A model generated the notes under the pieces. It ran no database searches. It saw only the letters and a list, made by a program, of their open reading frames with translations, and was not told the DNA's origin. The position numbers and the translations under genes are program-made. Below are positions 17,077 to 27,687 of a DNA stretch of 60,222 nucleotides, piece after piece; within the stretch, counting starts at the first letter, position 1; every line of letters starts with the position of its first letter. The DNA is from Candidatus Aceula lacicola (GTDB taxonomy: Bacteria; Omnitrophota; Gorgyraeia; Zapsychrales; Aceulaceae): positions 1 through 60,222 of the forward strand of contig JAVCCC010000008.1 of the NCBI GenBank assembly GCA_030765785.1, read 5' to 3'.

Positions 17077-18198
17077 TTAATATTGTTTACCGGCTATGCC
17101 AAGCCGACATATAATTTCATAATTTATTGTCTTTACAATTTTTGCTAAATCATCAGCCGTTACTTGATGCTTTCCTTGTTTTCCCATGACACAGACTTCA
17201 TCTCCAATGCTGACATCTTTAACTCGACTAACATCAACCATAATCTGATCCATGGTCACGTTACCGACAACAGGACATCGTTGACCGCGAATAATCACCT
17301 TAGCTTTATTAGAAAGACTTCTTAAGTATCCATCGTTATATCCGATAGAAACAGTAGCCACGCGCATCTTCTTTTTAGCAATAAATGTATGTCCATAACT
17401 AATGCCACGTCCTTTAAAAATATTCTTAATAAAACAAACCCGAGATTTCACGCTCATAACAGGCGTAAGATTAATTCTATTTCTCATTTTCCTCGATGGA
17501 TAAAGACCATAAAGCATTAATCCTGTGCGCGCGAGATTAAAACCCTGATGACTAAATACTGCAAGCCCTGCGCTATTCGCCGCATGCACGTATTTAATTG
17601 TTTTTATTTCTTTCTTCGCTTTATCAGCCAAACAAAGAATAGTTTTAATTTGCCTTTTAGTAAAACTATTGTCAATATCTGCCAGAGGAAAATGTGTGCA
17701 AAGCCCCTCAATCACAATTCCTGGCAAGCGCTCAACCTCTCGAATAAAATCAAATGCTTTTATCTGGCAAACACCAAGACGACCCATGCCCGTATCCACC
17801 TTGATATGAACCGGAACCTTTATTCTCTTTTTAACTGCTAAATTATTTAAGGCTTTGGCTAATTCTATCGTACAAAGAACAGGTGCAATATTATACTTTA
17901 TTAAATGTTTTGCATTTTTCGACAAAACATTTTCTAAAATCATAATGCGTTTTTTAATTCCTAAATTTCTAAGAACAATTCCTTCATTAATATCAGAAAC
18001 ACCAAAAAACTTAACATCTTGTTTGTTCAAAACTTTAGCAACTTTTTCTAATCCATGGCCATAAGCATTAGCTTTCACAACAGCCAAAATGCCTGTGTCC
18101 TTGCCGGCCAGCCGCTTAACAGCTTTCGCATTCGAAACAAGTGCTTTAGCATCTATCTCTGTCCATGCCATCGACGGACACATCGGCTTGCTTTTCAT
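17077..18198 (-). CDS. alr: Alanine racemase
   Basis: AVVKANAYGHG, HIKVDTGMGRLG, ISYG. Start placed at the ATGA overlap with the tsaB stop. Confidence 0.97.
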   Translation of the reverse strand: MKSKPMCPSMAWTEIDAKALVSNAKAVKRLAGKDTGILAVVKANAYGHGLEKVAKVLNKQDVKFFGVSDINEGIVLRNLGIKKRIMILENVLSKNAKHLIKYNIAPVLCTIELAKALNNLAVKKRIKVPVHIKVDTGMGRLGVCQIKAFDFIREVERLPGIVIEGLCTHFPLADIDNSFTKRQIKTILCLADKAKKEIKTIKYVHAANSAGLAVFSHQGFNLARTGLMLYGLYPSRKMRNRINLTPVMSVKSRVCFIKNIFKGRGISYGHTFIAKKKMRVATVSIGYNDGYLRSLSNKAKVIIRGQRCPVVGNVTMDQIMVDVSRVKDVSIGDEVCVMGKQGKHQVTADDLAKIVKTINYEIICRLGIAGKQY

Positions 18199-18884
18199 CG
18201 CCTTACCTGACAATCTTGTGGATACAAATACATTGGCTTGAGCGTATTAACATTGTCTGTCTTTTTGTTCTTAAAACGATTGAAAGAAAGTGCGGCCAAA
18301 TCACGTGCCTGCACGTTATTATATTTTTCATCAACAAATGTCGGTTTATTCTTTTTACTTTTAAAATATAACTTAATTTCTTTCTCAAAAAGGCCTACGC
18401 CATCGCCAACGAGAAGACAATCCCCTTTGACTTTTCTTAAAATATCTTTAATCTCAGACAAAAAATAAACACTTGTTCTTTTTGCCTGATTATTTCTTAC
18501 TTTATAAATACTAGCAAAAACCATATTTCGTTTTGCATCGCATAAAACACAAATCTGATCTGACCCTAAAGCTTTTGCGCCTTGCGCAATCACATCTAAG
18601 CTTGAAATGCCCACCACAGGCTTTTGGGTTACCATGCCAAAAGCTTTGATCGTCGATAGGCCGACACGTAGGCTCGTGAAAGAACCAGGTCCAAGACCAA
18701 CAGCAAATCCGTCAATATTCTCTAAAGAAAGCTTCGCTTTCTTAAAAACAGAATCAATTACAGGAACAATAGACTTTGATAACGCTTTTTCTAATTTCAA
18801 ATTCTTCGAAGACAATATTTCTTCGTCTTTCGAGACTGCAATACTAAATACTTTTGCTGAACTATCAATATTTAAAATATTCAT
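18195..18884 (-). CDS. tsaB: t6A biosynthesis protein TsaB
   Basis: ILNIDSS, GLGPGSFTSLRVG, DAKR, P.YL. Confidence 0.95.
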   Translation of the reverse strand: MNILNIDSSAKVFSIAVSKDEEILSSKNLKLEKALSKSIVPVIDSVFKKAKLSLENIDGFAVGLGPGSFTSLRVGLSTIKAFGMVTQKPVVGISSLDVIAQGAKALGSDQICVLCDAKRNMVFASIYKVRNNQAKRTSVYFLSEIKDILRKVKGDCLLVGDGVGLFEKEIKLYFKSKKNKPTFVDEKYNNVQARDLAALSFNRFKNKKTDNVNTLKPMYLYPQDCQVRR

Positions 18885-19345
18885 ATTTTTATTTTCTTAA
18901 CCAATTCCTTTAAACGCTTCCCCTTGGCAGTAATCACAAAAACTCTTTCATTTTCTGCTTTATGATGAATCTCGACAGACAAATATACTTTTGGCAAAAG
19001 TCGCCCAAGCCGTTCAGCCCATTCGACAACAGAAATACCTCCGCCGTAAAAAAAGTCTTCATAACCGATAGCCTGAATTTCTTTTGGTTTTTCAATACGA
19101 TATAAATCAAAATGGTACACAGGTACCTTTGGGGCAGGATAAACATTCATCAACGTAAACGTTGGACTATGCACAGCTGCTTTCTTTATTTTTAATCCTT
19201 GAGCAATACCCTTAGTCAAAACTGTCTTGCCAGATCCAAGGTCACCAAAAAGACATACGATATCCCCTGGCTTTAAACCCTTCGCTAAAGCCTTTCCAAG
19301 CTGTTCTGTCTTTTTTGTGGATTCAGATAAATATTTAAAACTCAT
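18881..19345 (-). CDS. tsaE: t6A biosynthesis ATPase TsaE
   Basis: GDLGSGKT, SPTFTL, HFDLYR, VEWAE. Confidence 0.97.
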   Translation of the reverse strand: MSFKYLSESTKKTEQLGKALAKGLKPGDIVCLFGDLGSGKTVLTKGIAQGLKIKKAAVHSPTFTLMNVYPAPKVPVYHFDLYRIEKPKEIQAIGYEDFFYGGGISVVEWAERLGRLLPKVYLSVEIHHKAENERVFVITAKGKRLKELVKKIKI

Positions 19346-19347
19346 AA

Positions 19348-20247
19348 CTAAAAATGCCCATACCCTTTTCTGATTATCTTGTTCAATTTTCCCTTTGAAT
19401 CTCGCAACATAAACCCTTTTTTCTTTTGAACAATTATTCCGATTTCATAAACCTTAAATTTCTTTTGCCGCCTAAAAAACTCTGCTTCTTTCTTCGGTAA
19501 TGTGAAAACAAGCTCAAAATCCTCACCATCAGATAGCGCCTGAGCTACGGTCGCACCTTTAGCTCGCGGAATCGCTTTTTCATCAATCACAGCGCCAACT
19601 TTACTTTCATTTAAAACATGCGCTAAATCAGATGAAAGCCCATCAGAAATATCAATCATTGCACTAGGCTTAAAACATTTAACTAAATATTGTGCGTGCG
19701 CAAGTCGAGGTATAAACTTCAAATGCTTTTTTGTTTTTAACGATTGACCTAAAGCACCTGTCACGAAAACCACATCATCTGGCTTTGCTCCCGAACGCAG
19801 AACAATATCTTTTTTCCCAGATTCCCCTGTCAGGGCAACATTAATAACTAATTTCTTCGACTGAACAGTGTCGCCGCCAACAACGCTTACGCCAAACTCC
19901 TTAGCAATTCTTGAGAGACCCTCATAGATATCTTTAATTCCGCGTTCGCACGCAGAATTCGGAATCCCTATAGACACAACCGCAAACTTTGGAACCCCTC
20001 CCATAGCAGCAATATCGCTGATGCTAACGGCCAACGCTTTTCTACCAACAAGCTTTCGATTCTCTTTTACGCTAAAATGCACACCCTCAACAAGCATGTC
20101 TGTCGTTAAAAGAAGATTTCTTTTTTTATCCAGAGGCAAAACAGCGGTATCGTCGCCAATGCCTTTAATAACTTCTTTTTCTATATGAGCACTTTTTTTA
20201 ATCGTACCAATAAGTCCAAATTCACCTATTTTTTTCAAAGATCTCAT
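19348..20247 (-). CDS. thiL: Thiamine-monophosphate kinase
   Basis: GEFGLI, GIGDDTA, SDIAAMGG, DISDGL, GEDFEL. Confidence 0.97.
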   Translation of the reverse strand: MRSLKKIGEFGLIGTIKKSAHIEKEVIKGIGDDTAVLPLDKKRNLLLTTDMLVEGVHFSVKENRKLVGRKALAVSISDIAAMGGVPKFAVVSIGIPNSACERGIKDIYEGLSRIAKEFGVSVVGGDTVQSKKLVINVALTGESGKKDIVLRSGAKPDDVVFVTGALGQSLKTKKHLKFIPRLAHAQYLVKCFKPSAMIDISDGLSSDLAHVLNESKVGAVIDEKAIPRAKGATVAQALSDGEDFELVFTLPKKEAEFFRRQKKFKVYEIGIIVQKKKGFMLRDSKGKLNKIIRKGYGHF

Positions 20248-21284
20248 TTTTTAAGTAACCCAAAAATATTTTTTTTAACCGGCGAACGTAAAATTCCTTC
20301 TTCCGTTACAATTGCTGAAATCAGCTGATGAGGAGTAACGTCAAATGCAGGATTATATGTTTTTATACCCTTAGGTGCTATTTGATTTCTTGCAATATGA
20401 GTAATTTCCATCGATCCTCTTTGTTCGATTGGAATTTGTTTGCCAGTCTTGATATTCGCATCAAAAGTCGACTTTGGTGCAACGATATAAAATGGAACTT
20501 TATGATAATTGGCTAAAACCGCTAGGCCATATGTTCCAATCTTATTAGCTGCGTCTCCATTTAAAGCAATTCGATCAGCTCCAGCAAGAATCATATCGAT
20601 TTTTCCTTGAGCCATTAGCGTTGCGGCCATATTGTCACAAATCAGTGTTGTATCAATTTTCTCTCTAGACAATTCCCATGCAGTAAGTCGCGCTCCTTGC
20701 AAAAGAGGACGCGTTTCACATACATAAACTTTAAACTTTTTCTTTTTTTCTTTAGCCGAATACATAACGCCTAAAGCTGTTCCATAGTCAACAGTCGCAA
20801 GCGCACCTGCGTTGCAAACAGTCAAAAGCGTATCTCCATTCTTGATTAACGTTGCACCATAAGATCCCATCTTGCGACAAACACGCTTATCTCTCTCAGA
20901 AATTTCAAAAGCCTGACGTTTTAATTTTATGCGTAGTTGCGAGACGGTATCCTTTGGATTATCTATGACCACATTTTTCATACGCTCAAGCTCATTAAAT
21001 AAATTAACTGCCGTCGGTCGAGACGTAGCAATATAATCACAAATCTTCAAGAACTTTTGTTCAAATATTTTACGATTATTTGTCTTTATTTTCCGGATAC
21101 CAAGCAAAACACCAAAGCCGGCAGCAGCTCCAAGTGCTGGAGCACCGCGAACACTTAAAACCTTAATCGCTTTCCAAAGAGCCTTAACATCTTTGCAATT
21201 AATAAACGTAAGCTTACCGGGAAGCTTGGTTTGATCAACAATGCGAACACTATTATCAATCCATTTAATCGTTGGAATAGCCAT
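20244..21284 (-). CDS. mtnA: Methylthioribose-1-phosphate isomerase
   Basis: DQTKLP, VRGAPA, SRPTAVNL, CNAGALA, ETRPLLQGARLT, NKIGTY. Confidence 0.97.
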   Translation of the reverse strand: MAIPTIKWIDNSVRIVDQTKLPGKLTFINCKDVKALWKAIKVLSVRGAPALGAAAGFGVLLGIRKIKTNNRKIFEQKFLKICDYIATSRPTAVNLFNELERMKNVVIDNPKDTVSQLRIKLKRQAFEISERDKRVCRKMGSYGATLIKNGDTLLTVCNAGALATVDYGTALGVMYSAKEKKKKFKVYVCETRPLLQGARLTAWELSREKIDTTLICDNMAATLMAQGKIDMILAGADRIALNGDAANKIGTYGLAVLANYHKVPFYIVAPKSTFDANIKTGKQIPIEQRGSMEITHIARNQIAPKGIKTYNPAFDVTPHQLISAIVTEEGILRSPVKKNIFGLLKK

Positions 21285-21286
21285 AA

Positions 21287-22792
21287 TTATTCTTTCTCAA
21301 CTTCAATGCGTGGAAACAATGCTTCGTGAGTTTTTAGCGCTACACCGCTGACAAGGCTTCCCCACTTTGACGGTGTCTCTTTTGCGCTTAAAATATCTAA
21401 AACTTCTTGTGCCTTTGATGGGATAACGGGCAATAATTGCACTGCGGCAATTCTTAAAGCTTCGGTTGCCACATAAAGAATCGTTGCTGCCCTCTCTAAA
21501 TCTTGTTTTGCAACCTTCCACGGTGCTTGACGCTCAAGATACAAGTTAGTCATGCGCACCAACTCCATAGTCGCATAAATTGCTGTATGAACTTCTAGAC
21601 TTCTAATTGATTTGATAATCAATTCGTTTACGCGTTTGGCTAATTGCTTAAGTTCTTCGTCTTCTTTCACCATCTGACCGCATTCAGGCACGATGCCGCT
21701 AAAATTCTTCTGAATAAGACCGCTCACTCGATTTAACAAATTACCAAAATCATTCGCTAAATCACTATTATATCTTTTAATAAAAGACTCAACAGTAAAA
21801 TTAGCATCTTGCCCTAGCACCATCTCTCCCATTAAATAATAACGCACAGCGTCTACGCCATACTGATCAACCAAATCAAGCGGATCAACGATATTTCCAA
21901 GAGATTTACTCATTTTGGTTTTGCCGATAAGCCACCACCCGTGGGCAAAAATTTTCTTTGGCAAACTAATCCCTAAAGAAAACAACATCGTTGGCCAATA
22001 CACACAATGCGTGGTTAAAATATCTTTAGCCATTAAATGCGTCACATGTGGCCACCAGGTCTTAAATTTTTCATCATCAACGCCATAACCAATGCCAGTA
22101 ATATAATTTAAAAGTGCATCAAACCAGACATATGTGACATAATCCTTATCAAATGGAATTTCAATACCCCAGCTCATACGCTCTTTTGGTCGAGAAATAC
22201 ATAAATCACCTAAAGGCTGCTTTAAAAATCCCAAAACTTCGTTCTTGCGATGTTCGGGTTGAATAAAATCAGGATTATCATTGATGTGATCAATGAGTTT
22301 CTGTTGATACTTGCTCATTTTAAAAAACCAATTACGTTCTTTTAATTTTTTAACATCTCGAAACGCTCCCGATTCTTTTTCGGTCTTTGTAATAAATCTT
22401 TCCTCAGAAACTGAATACCACCCCTCATATTCATCCGCATAAATATCGCCTGCATCATAAACTTTCTGGAGCGCATTTTGGACAACTTTAATATGACGAT
22501 TCTCCGTTGTACGAATAAAATCAGTATTTTGAATTTCAAGTTTTTCCCAAAGCTGAGTGAATCGAGGAGCAAGGTCATCGCAGTGAGCTTGCTCGCTTAA
22601 ATTCCTTTCTTGCGCAGCCTGCTGAACTTTTTGACCATGCTCATCAAGACCCGTCAAAAAGAAAACATTATCACCCTCAGCCTTATGATAACGAGCAAGC
22701 ACATCCGCCAAGATCGTCGTATACGCATGGCCAATATGTGGCTTGTCATTTACATAATAAATAGGAGTCGTGATATAAATCTTATTCTTCAT
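21287..22792 (-). CDS. metG: Methionyl-tRNA synthetase (short form)
   Basis: ITTPIYYVNDKPHIGH, YVWFDAL, KMSKS. Start moved to MKNKIY at 22792. Confidence 0.97.
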   Translation of the reverse strand: MKNKIYITTPIYYVNDKPHIGHAYTTILADVLARYHKAEGDNVFFLTGLDEHGQKVQQAAQERNLSEQAHCDDLAPRFTQLWEKLEIQNTDFIRTTENRHIKVVQNALQKVYDAGDIYADEYEGWYSVSEERFITKTEKESGAFRDVKKLKERNWFFKMSKYQQKLIDHINDNPDFIQPEHRKNEVLGFLKQPLGDLCISRPKERMSWGIEIPFDKDYVTYVWFDALLNYITGIGYGVDDEKFKTWWPHVTHLMAKDILTTHCVYWPTMLFSLGISLPKKIFAHGWWLIGKTKMSKSLGNIVDPLDLVDQYGVDAVRYYLMGEMVLGQDANFTVESFIKRYNSDLANDFGNLLNRVSGLIQKNFSGIVPECGQMVKEDEELKQLAKRVNELIIKSIRSLEVHTAIYATMELVRMTNLYLERQAPWKVAKQDLERAATILYVATEALRIAAVQLLPVIPSKAQEVLDILSAKETPSKWGSLVSGVALKTHEALFPRIEVEKE

Positions 22793-23579
22793 CGCCTTTT
22801 CCAAAATATACTTTCGTACTCTTTCCATCCCCTAAATCCACCTTAACGCATCGTTGTAAAATATTAACATCAAAAACTTTGCCTTTTCCTTGCGGAGTGT
22901 TAATTTTAGCACCTCTCTTTGGCATGCCCTTGGCATACTGTTTATAGAGCGGAAATTCATATGACATGCAACATTTAATACGCCCACAAACTCCGGAAAT
23001 CCTCGACGGATTAATTGGCAAATCTTGTTCTTTTGCCATCTTAATGGTTAGCGGATGAAAGTCTCTCATATAGGAACAGCAACAAAGCGCACGCCCACAA
23101 CACCCAACACCGCCAACGGTCTTAGCTTGATCGCGTACACCAATTTGCTTAAGTTCAATGCGTGCTCTAAAAATACCAGCGAGCTCCTTAACCAAGTTTC
23201 TAAAATCAACACGTTCATCGGAAATAAAGAAAAATACAATTTTACTGCTATCAAAGCTAAATTCACAATGGACAACTTTCATGCTAAGCTTCTGCTCAGT
23301 AATCTTTTTTTCACATGTCCGTGCCGTTTCCTTGGCCTTTTCTTTATTCCGCTCAATCCGATTTGAGTCTTCCTCGCTGGCAACGCGTAGCACTTTCCCG
23401 GGAAGATTTTCAACATGCCCTTCCGGAGAAGCATCTGTATCAGAAATAATTTTTCCATATTCTGTAGCACGATCAATACTCAAAATAACAGTATCACCAC
23501 GATTGCATGAAATATCTTTAAGGTTGTATAGGCCAATGCCTCTAAACTCCCCTAATCCAACCTGAACTACTTTTTCCAT
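22782..23579 (-). CDS. ricT: PSP1/RicT (YaaT) family protein
   Basis: RVDFRNLVKELA..RIELKQIGVRD, CGRALCC, SGVCGRIKCC. Confidence 0.92.
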   Translation of the reverse strand: MEKVVQVGLGEFRGIGLYNLKDISCNRGDTVILSIDRATEYGKIISDTDASPEGHVENLPGKVLRVASEEDSNRIERNKEKAKETARTCEKKITEQKLSMKVVHCEFSFDSSKIVFFFISDERVDFRNLVKELAGIFRARIELKQIGVRDQAKTVGGVGCCGRALCCCSYMRDFHPLTIKMAKEQDLPINPSRISGVCGRIKCCMSYEFPLYKQYAKGMPKRGAKINTPQGKGKVFDVNILQRCVKVDLGDGKSTKVYFGKGDEE

Positions 23580-24529
23580 ATTTTCTCCTTTATAATAGCT
23601 AAAGGCACTTTGACATTAAAATTTTCATCAACAGCCTTTTGGGTCATGATAATATCGCTTAAAACCTCTTCAATATTTTTAAAACAATATCGTTTTTCGA
23701 AATATTTTAAATCACTAACACGATCGATGTTTGCCAAATATTGCTGAGGCACGCCATTTTTAATCATCATCAAATCTTTAAACCACAGAAATAGGAATCG
23801 CATACTCTCCCGCATCATGTCTTTATCCGACAAAATGGTCTTGAAATATGCCTCGCTATCTTCCTCAAATATAAATTCATTGATCGCTTTATTTTTCCGG
23901 TCAAAAATGCCCTGATAATCTTGATCCATATTGCCCAAACATCCATCGGAGAAGTGAGCCAGAAAATGGGACATGCCTTCTTCGCACCTTTGACGCTCTA
24001 TCAATTCTTTTTTTGCAGAGGCATTTGCCAAAGAAAAAAAGTGAACCACCTGACAACGCGAACGAATAGTTGCAAGCAAATGCTCCGGCATTGATGTCGT
24101 TAAGATAATCAAGCTACCTCGGCTTGGCTCTTCTAAGGTTTTCAAAAGAGCATTACTAGCCTCAATCGTTAGGCGTTCTGCATTCTGAATTAGAAAAACT
24201 TTTGTTCTCGCTTCAAACGATCGAAGCTGGATCGAGCTTATAAGCGTTCGAATATTTTCTATCTTAATGCTTTCTCCATCATCTTCTAAAACATGGATGT
24301 CTGGATGGTTGCCATTATTAATCTTTACACAAACTGAACATTCGTCACAAAACATACCCTCTTTTAAATTTTCACAATTAACGAGTTTTGAAACAGCTAA
24401 GGCTGTCTCCAACTTTCCAATCCCTTTTGGCCCTAAGAAAAAATACGCATGCGCAAGACGTCTAGACTTCAAAAACAAAGAAAAACGCTCAACAACTGAA
24501 AAATTTACTATATCTGTACTTACTGTCAT
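23567..24529 (-). CDS. holB: DNA polymerase III delta' subunit
   Basis: HAYFF.GP.GIGK, C..C..C zinc module, HPD, SNALLKTLEEP, TIRSRC. Confidence 0.95.
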   Translation of the reverse strand: MTVSTDIVNFSVVERFSLFLKSRRLAHAYFFLGPKGIGKLETALAVSKLVNCENLKEGMFCDECSVCVKINNGNHPDIHVLEDDGESIKIENIRTLISSIQLRSFEARTKVFLIQNAERLTIEASNALLKTLEEPSRGSLIILTTSMPEHLLATIRSRCQVVHFFSLANASAKKELIERQRCEEGMSHFLAHFSDGCLGNMDQDYQGIFDRKNKAINEFIFEEDSEAYFKTILSDKDMMRESMRFLFLWFKDLMMIKNGVPQQYLANIDRVSDLKYFEKRYCFKNIEEVLSDIIMTQKAVDENFNVKVPLAIIKEKIWKK

Positions 24530-25155
24530 ATTTTTAATGCTTTTAAAACAAGAGCTTGTATCACCTCTTGAATTTTTTCTTTGCTATCGTTACCTTCAAT
24601 AACTTTAATACGTTTTGGCTCTTTTCTTGCTAAAGCCAAATACCCTTGCCGAACAAGATTGTGATATTTTAAAGATCTTTGTTCGATTCTATCTTTGCTT
24701 TGCTGAATACGAGATAAGCCTTTGGATGTTTCCATGTCTAACAAAAACGTAACGTCAGGTGCAATACCCGTAGTTGCAAAGAATCCTACTCGTTTAATGA
24801 GCTTAACATCAATACCACATCCGTATCCCTGATAAGCAAGCGTTGAATCCAGAAATCGGTCGCAAACAACAATAATCCCTTTTTTAAGAGCTGGAGCAAT
24901 GATTTCCTCGACGAGCTGAGCACGTGCTGCCATATACAAAAGAACTTCGCATTCCTTGGTCATTTCTTTATTTCGAACATCTAATAAAATATTTCGAATT
25001 TTCTCACTAATTTTAATTCCACCAGGCTCACGAATATGCATAACTTTCTTCTTTTTTTTCTTTAAATAACTACATAATAATTTTGCCTGCGTGCTTTTCC
25101 CGCAACCTTCGGAACCCTCAAATGTGATAAATTTTCCTTTTACGCTCTTCGCCAT
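24526..25155 (-). CDS. tmk: Thymidylate kinase
   Basis: FITFEGSEGCGKST, REPGG, CDRF.DST.AYQG. Confidence 0.97.
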   Translation of the reverse strand: MAKSVKGKFITFEGSEGCGKSTQAKLLCSYLKKKKKKVMHIREPGGIKISEKIRNILLDVRNKEMTKECEVLLYMAARAQLVEEIIAPALKKGIIVVCDRFLDSTLAYQGYGCGIDVKLIKRVGFFATTGIAPDVTFLLDMETSKGLSRIQQSKDRIEQRSLKYHNLVRQGYLALARKEPKRIKVIEGNDSKEKIQEVIQALVLKALKI

Positions 25156-26513
25156 GATTGCCCTTCTTTGCTGTCCTCCACAATGATGCCTTTCTCTTTT
25201 AAAAGATCTCTAAGCTCATCGGAGCGTTTAAAATCTTTATGATGACGGGCTTGTTTACGCTCTTCTAAAAGAACCCCCTCTTCTTTAGATAAATCTTTTT
25301 CCTCAAAATTCATAGAAAGCCCGAAAATGTCTTGCCCCAGCTTGCAAACAAGTTGATTCGTTTGATAAATAACATTTTGATTCTTCGTTTTATACGCCTG
25401 CGTAATCATTTCAAAAAGCGCAGCCAATGCTCTTGGAGTATTAAAATCATCATCCATGGCAACTAGGAATTCTTTATGATATTTCTCGATTTCCTCAGGA
25501 AGATTCTCTCCTTTACCCGATTGACCCTTGCTTGCTTCTGTATTAAAAATCTTAAAACGTTCAATATTTTTATGCATATCCGACATTTTCTCTTCATTAA
25601 AATCAATCGAACTTGCATAATGAGATGTTAAGAAAAACAACTTAAGCTCATCGGATTTATATTTCTTTAAAGCATCTTCAACAGTAATAAAATTTCCTAA
25701 AGATTTACTCATCTTTTGACTGTTGATCGTTAAAAGTCCATGATGGATCCAGCATTTAGCAAACGGTTTTCCAGTAAGCGCTTCACTTTGCGCCACTTCG
25801 TTTTCATGATGCGGAAATACAAGGTCTCGTCCACCCGCATGAATATCAAGCGTTTCGCACCCTAAATATTTCATGCTCATCACAGAGCACTCAATATGCC
25901 AACCAGGTCTTCCTTCGCCCCAAGGACTAGTCCATGAAGGCTCACCTTCTTTTGATTTTTTCCAAAGAGCAAAATCAAGCGGATCTTTTTTTGTGCTCAT
26001 TTTTTCGATACGAACAGCCTCTTTCATTTTTTCGATGCTTTGGCCTGAAAGCTTTCCGTAATCTTTAAAATTCCTGACATTAAAATAAACATCACCTTCA
26101 GATTCATAAGCAAAATCTTTTTTGATAAGCCCTTCAATATGTTTAATCATCTCTGGAATATTTTCAGTCGCACGAGGCTCGATATCAGCAATAGAAACGT
26201 TTAATCCTTTTAAGTCCTGATAATAACTATCGATATTCTCCTTAACAACAGACGACCAATCTTTCTTAGAATCATTAGCTTTTTGAATAATTTTATCATC
26301 AATATCAGTAATATTTCGAACCAGCTTAACCGAATATCCGCTAAATTTCAGATAGCGCTTAATCACGTCAAAAATGTACAAACTGCGTGCATGCCCAATA
26401 TGACACTTGTCATAAACCGTCACTCCGCAAGAATACATGTTGATAGCTTTATTCTTGATAGGTTTTAAAACTTCTTTTTTCTTTGTTAAAGAATTATAAA
26501 TTTCGACAGACAT
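25140..26513 (-). CDS. cysS: Cysteinyl-tRNA synthetase
   Basis: CG.TVYD..HIGH, GRPGWHIEC, HHENE, KMSKS. Confidence 0.98.
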   Translation of the reverse strand: MSVEIYNSLTKKKEVLKPIKNKAINMYSCGVTVYDKCHIGHARSLYIFDVIKRYLKFSGYSVKLVRNITDIDDKIIQKANDSKKDWSSVVKENIDSYYQDLKGLNVSIADIEPRATENIPEMIKHIEGLIKKDFAYESEGDVYFNVRNFKDYGKLSGQSIEKMKEAVRIEKMSTKKDPLDFALWKKSKEGEPSWTSPWGEGRPGWHIECSVMSMKYLGCETLDIHAGGRDLVFPHHENEVAQSEALTGKPFAKCWIHHGLLTINSQKMSKSLGNFITVEDALKKYKSDELKLFFLTSHYASSIDFNEEKMSDMHKNIERFKIFNTEASKGQSGKGENLPEEIEKYHKEFLVAMDDDFNTPRALAALFEMITQAYKTKNQNVIYQTNQLVCKLGQDIFGLSMNFEEKDLSKEEGVLLEERKQARHHKDFKRSDELRDLLKEKGIIVEDSKEGQSWRRA

Positions 26514-26517
26514 AAAA

Positions 26518-27198
26518 CTACTTAACTTTCTTCTCTAGTTCTGAAATTTTTTGTTTAAGCTCTTCCATTTGCTCCATAACGGGATCCAAAACATGAACAT
26601 GATCCATCATCGTATCAATTTTCTTGCCATCCTGTTTAGTTACACGCCCAGGAACGCCAACCACAGTTGTATTCGACGGCACTTCTTTTAAAACAACAGC
26701 GTTAGCTCCAATATAAGAATTGCTTCCAATCTTAATATTACCTAATATTTTTGCCCCTGCACCAACGACAATATTATCGCCTAAAGTTGGATGGCGTTTA
26801 CCCATTTCTTTTCCTGTCCCCCCAAGCGTAACGCCTTGAAACAGCGTAACCTTCTTTCCAATAATTGTCGTCTCACCAACAACAACACCCATACCGTGAT
26901 CAATAAAAAGTCCTCTACCTATCTTGGCACCAGGATGAATTTCAATACCCGTTAAAAATTTTGCCAACTGTGAAATAAATCTCGGAAGAAGCGGGATTCC
27001 TTGCTTTAAAAACATATGCGCAATGCGATAAAATACAATTGCGTGTAATCCAGAATACAAAAATACAATCTGTAAATTTCCAGCAGCTGCAGGATCTTTT
27101 TCTTTAGCAGATTTAATTTCATCAGAAAACTTAATAATAACTAAAAAATACCAAAGCGCTAAAACAACGCCTAAATTAATAAAAAAAGATATCATCAT
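26518..27198 (-). CDS. cysE: Serine O-acetyltransferase with N-terminal hydrophobic extension
   Basis: KDPAA, YSGLHA, TGIEIHPGA, IDHGMG, KRHPT. Confidence 0.95.
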   Translation of the reverse strand: MMISFFINLGVVLALWYFLVIIKFSDEIKSAKEKDPAAAGNLQIVFLYSGLHAIVFYRIAHMFLKQGIPLLPRFISQLAKFLTGIEIHPGAKIGRGLFIDHGMGVVVGETTIIGKKVTLFQGVTLGGTGKEMGKRHPTLGDNIVVGAGAKILGNIKIGSNSYIGANAVVLKEVPSNTTVVGVPGRVTKQDGKKIDTMMDHVHVLDPVMEQMEELKQKISELEKKVK

Positions 27199-27687
27199 TT
27201 ATATCCCTCCATTATTTATTAACAGCACAACTGCATGTGCAGCTATCGCTTCTTGGTTCCCAGACCCAAAACCTAAGCCTTCTGTTGTCTTTGCCTTAAC
27301 GCTTACCTGCTCCTCGGCAAGATTTAAAGCTTGAGCCAAACTTAATTTTATTTTTGCCTTAAAAGGTTTTAAATTTGGCTCATCAGCAATAATAATTGTA
27401 TCTAGGTTTGCTATCTTTAGATTTTGCCCATCAACTAAATTCTTAACTTTATCTAATAAAATCATACTTGAAATTCCTTTATATTCATCATCTGTATCAG
27501 GAAAGTGTTCACCAATGTCTCCTTTACCAATAGCACCTAGAAGTGCGTCACAAATCGCATGCGTCAAAACATCTGCATCGGAATGACCAACCAATCCTTT
27601 TTTAAAAGGAATCTCCAATCCTCCCAAAACTAATTTTCTTCCCTCCGTCAAGCGATGAAGATCATATCCAATACCAATTCTTTCCAT
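27199..27687 (-). CDS. ispF: MEcPP synthase
   Basis: RIGIGYDLH, GHSDADV, KAKTTEGLG. Confidence 0.98.
   Translation of the reverse strand: MERIGIGYDLHRLTEGRKLVLGGLEIPFKKGLVGHSDADVLTHAICDALLGAIGKGDIGEHFPDTDDEYKGISSMILLDKVKNLVDGQNLKIANLDTIIIADEPNLKPFKAKIKLSLAQALNLAEEQVSVKAKTTEGLGFGSGNQEAIAAHAVVLLINNGGI

Noticed and set aside
22340-22450. Cys-free, shortened MetRS knuckle and missing C-terminal tRNA-binding domain
   Set aside because: Zinc-free single-knuckle monomeric MetRS is an established class.
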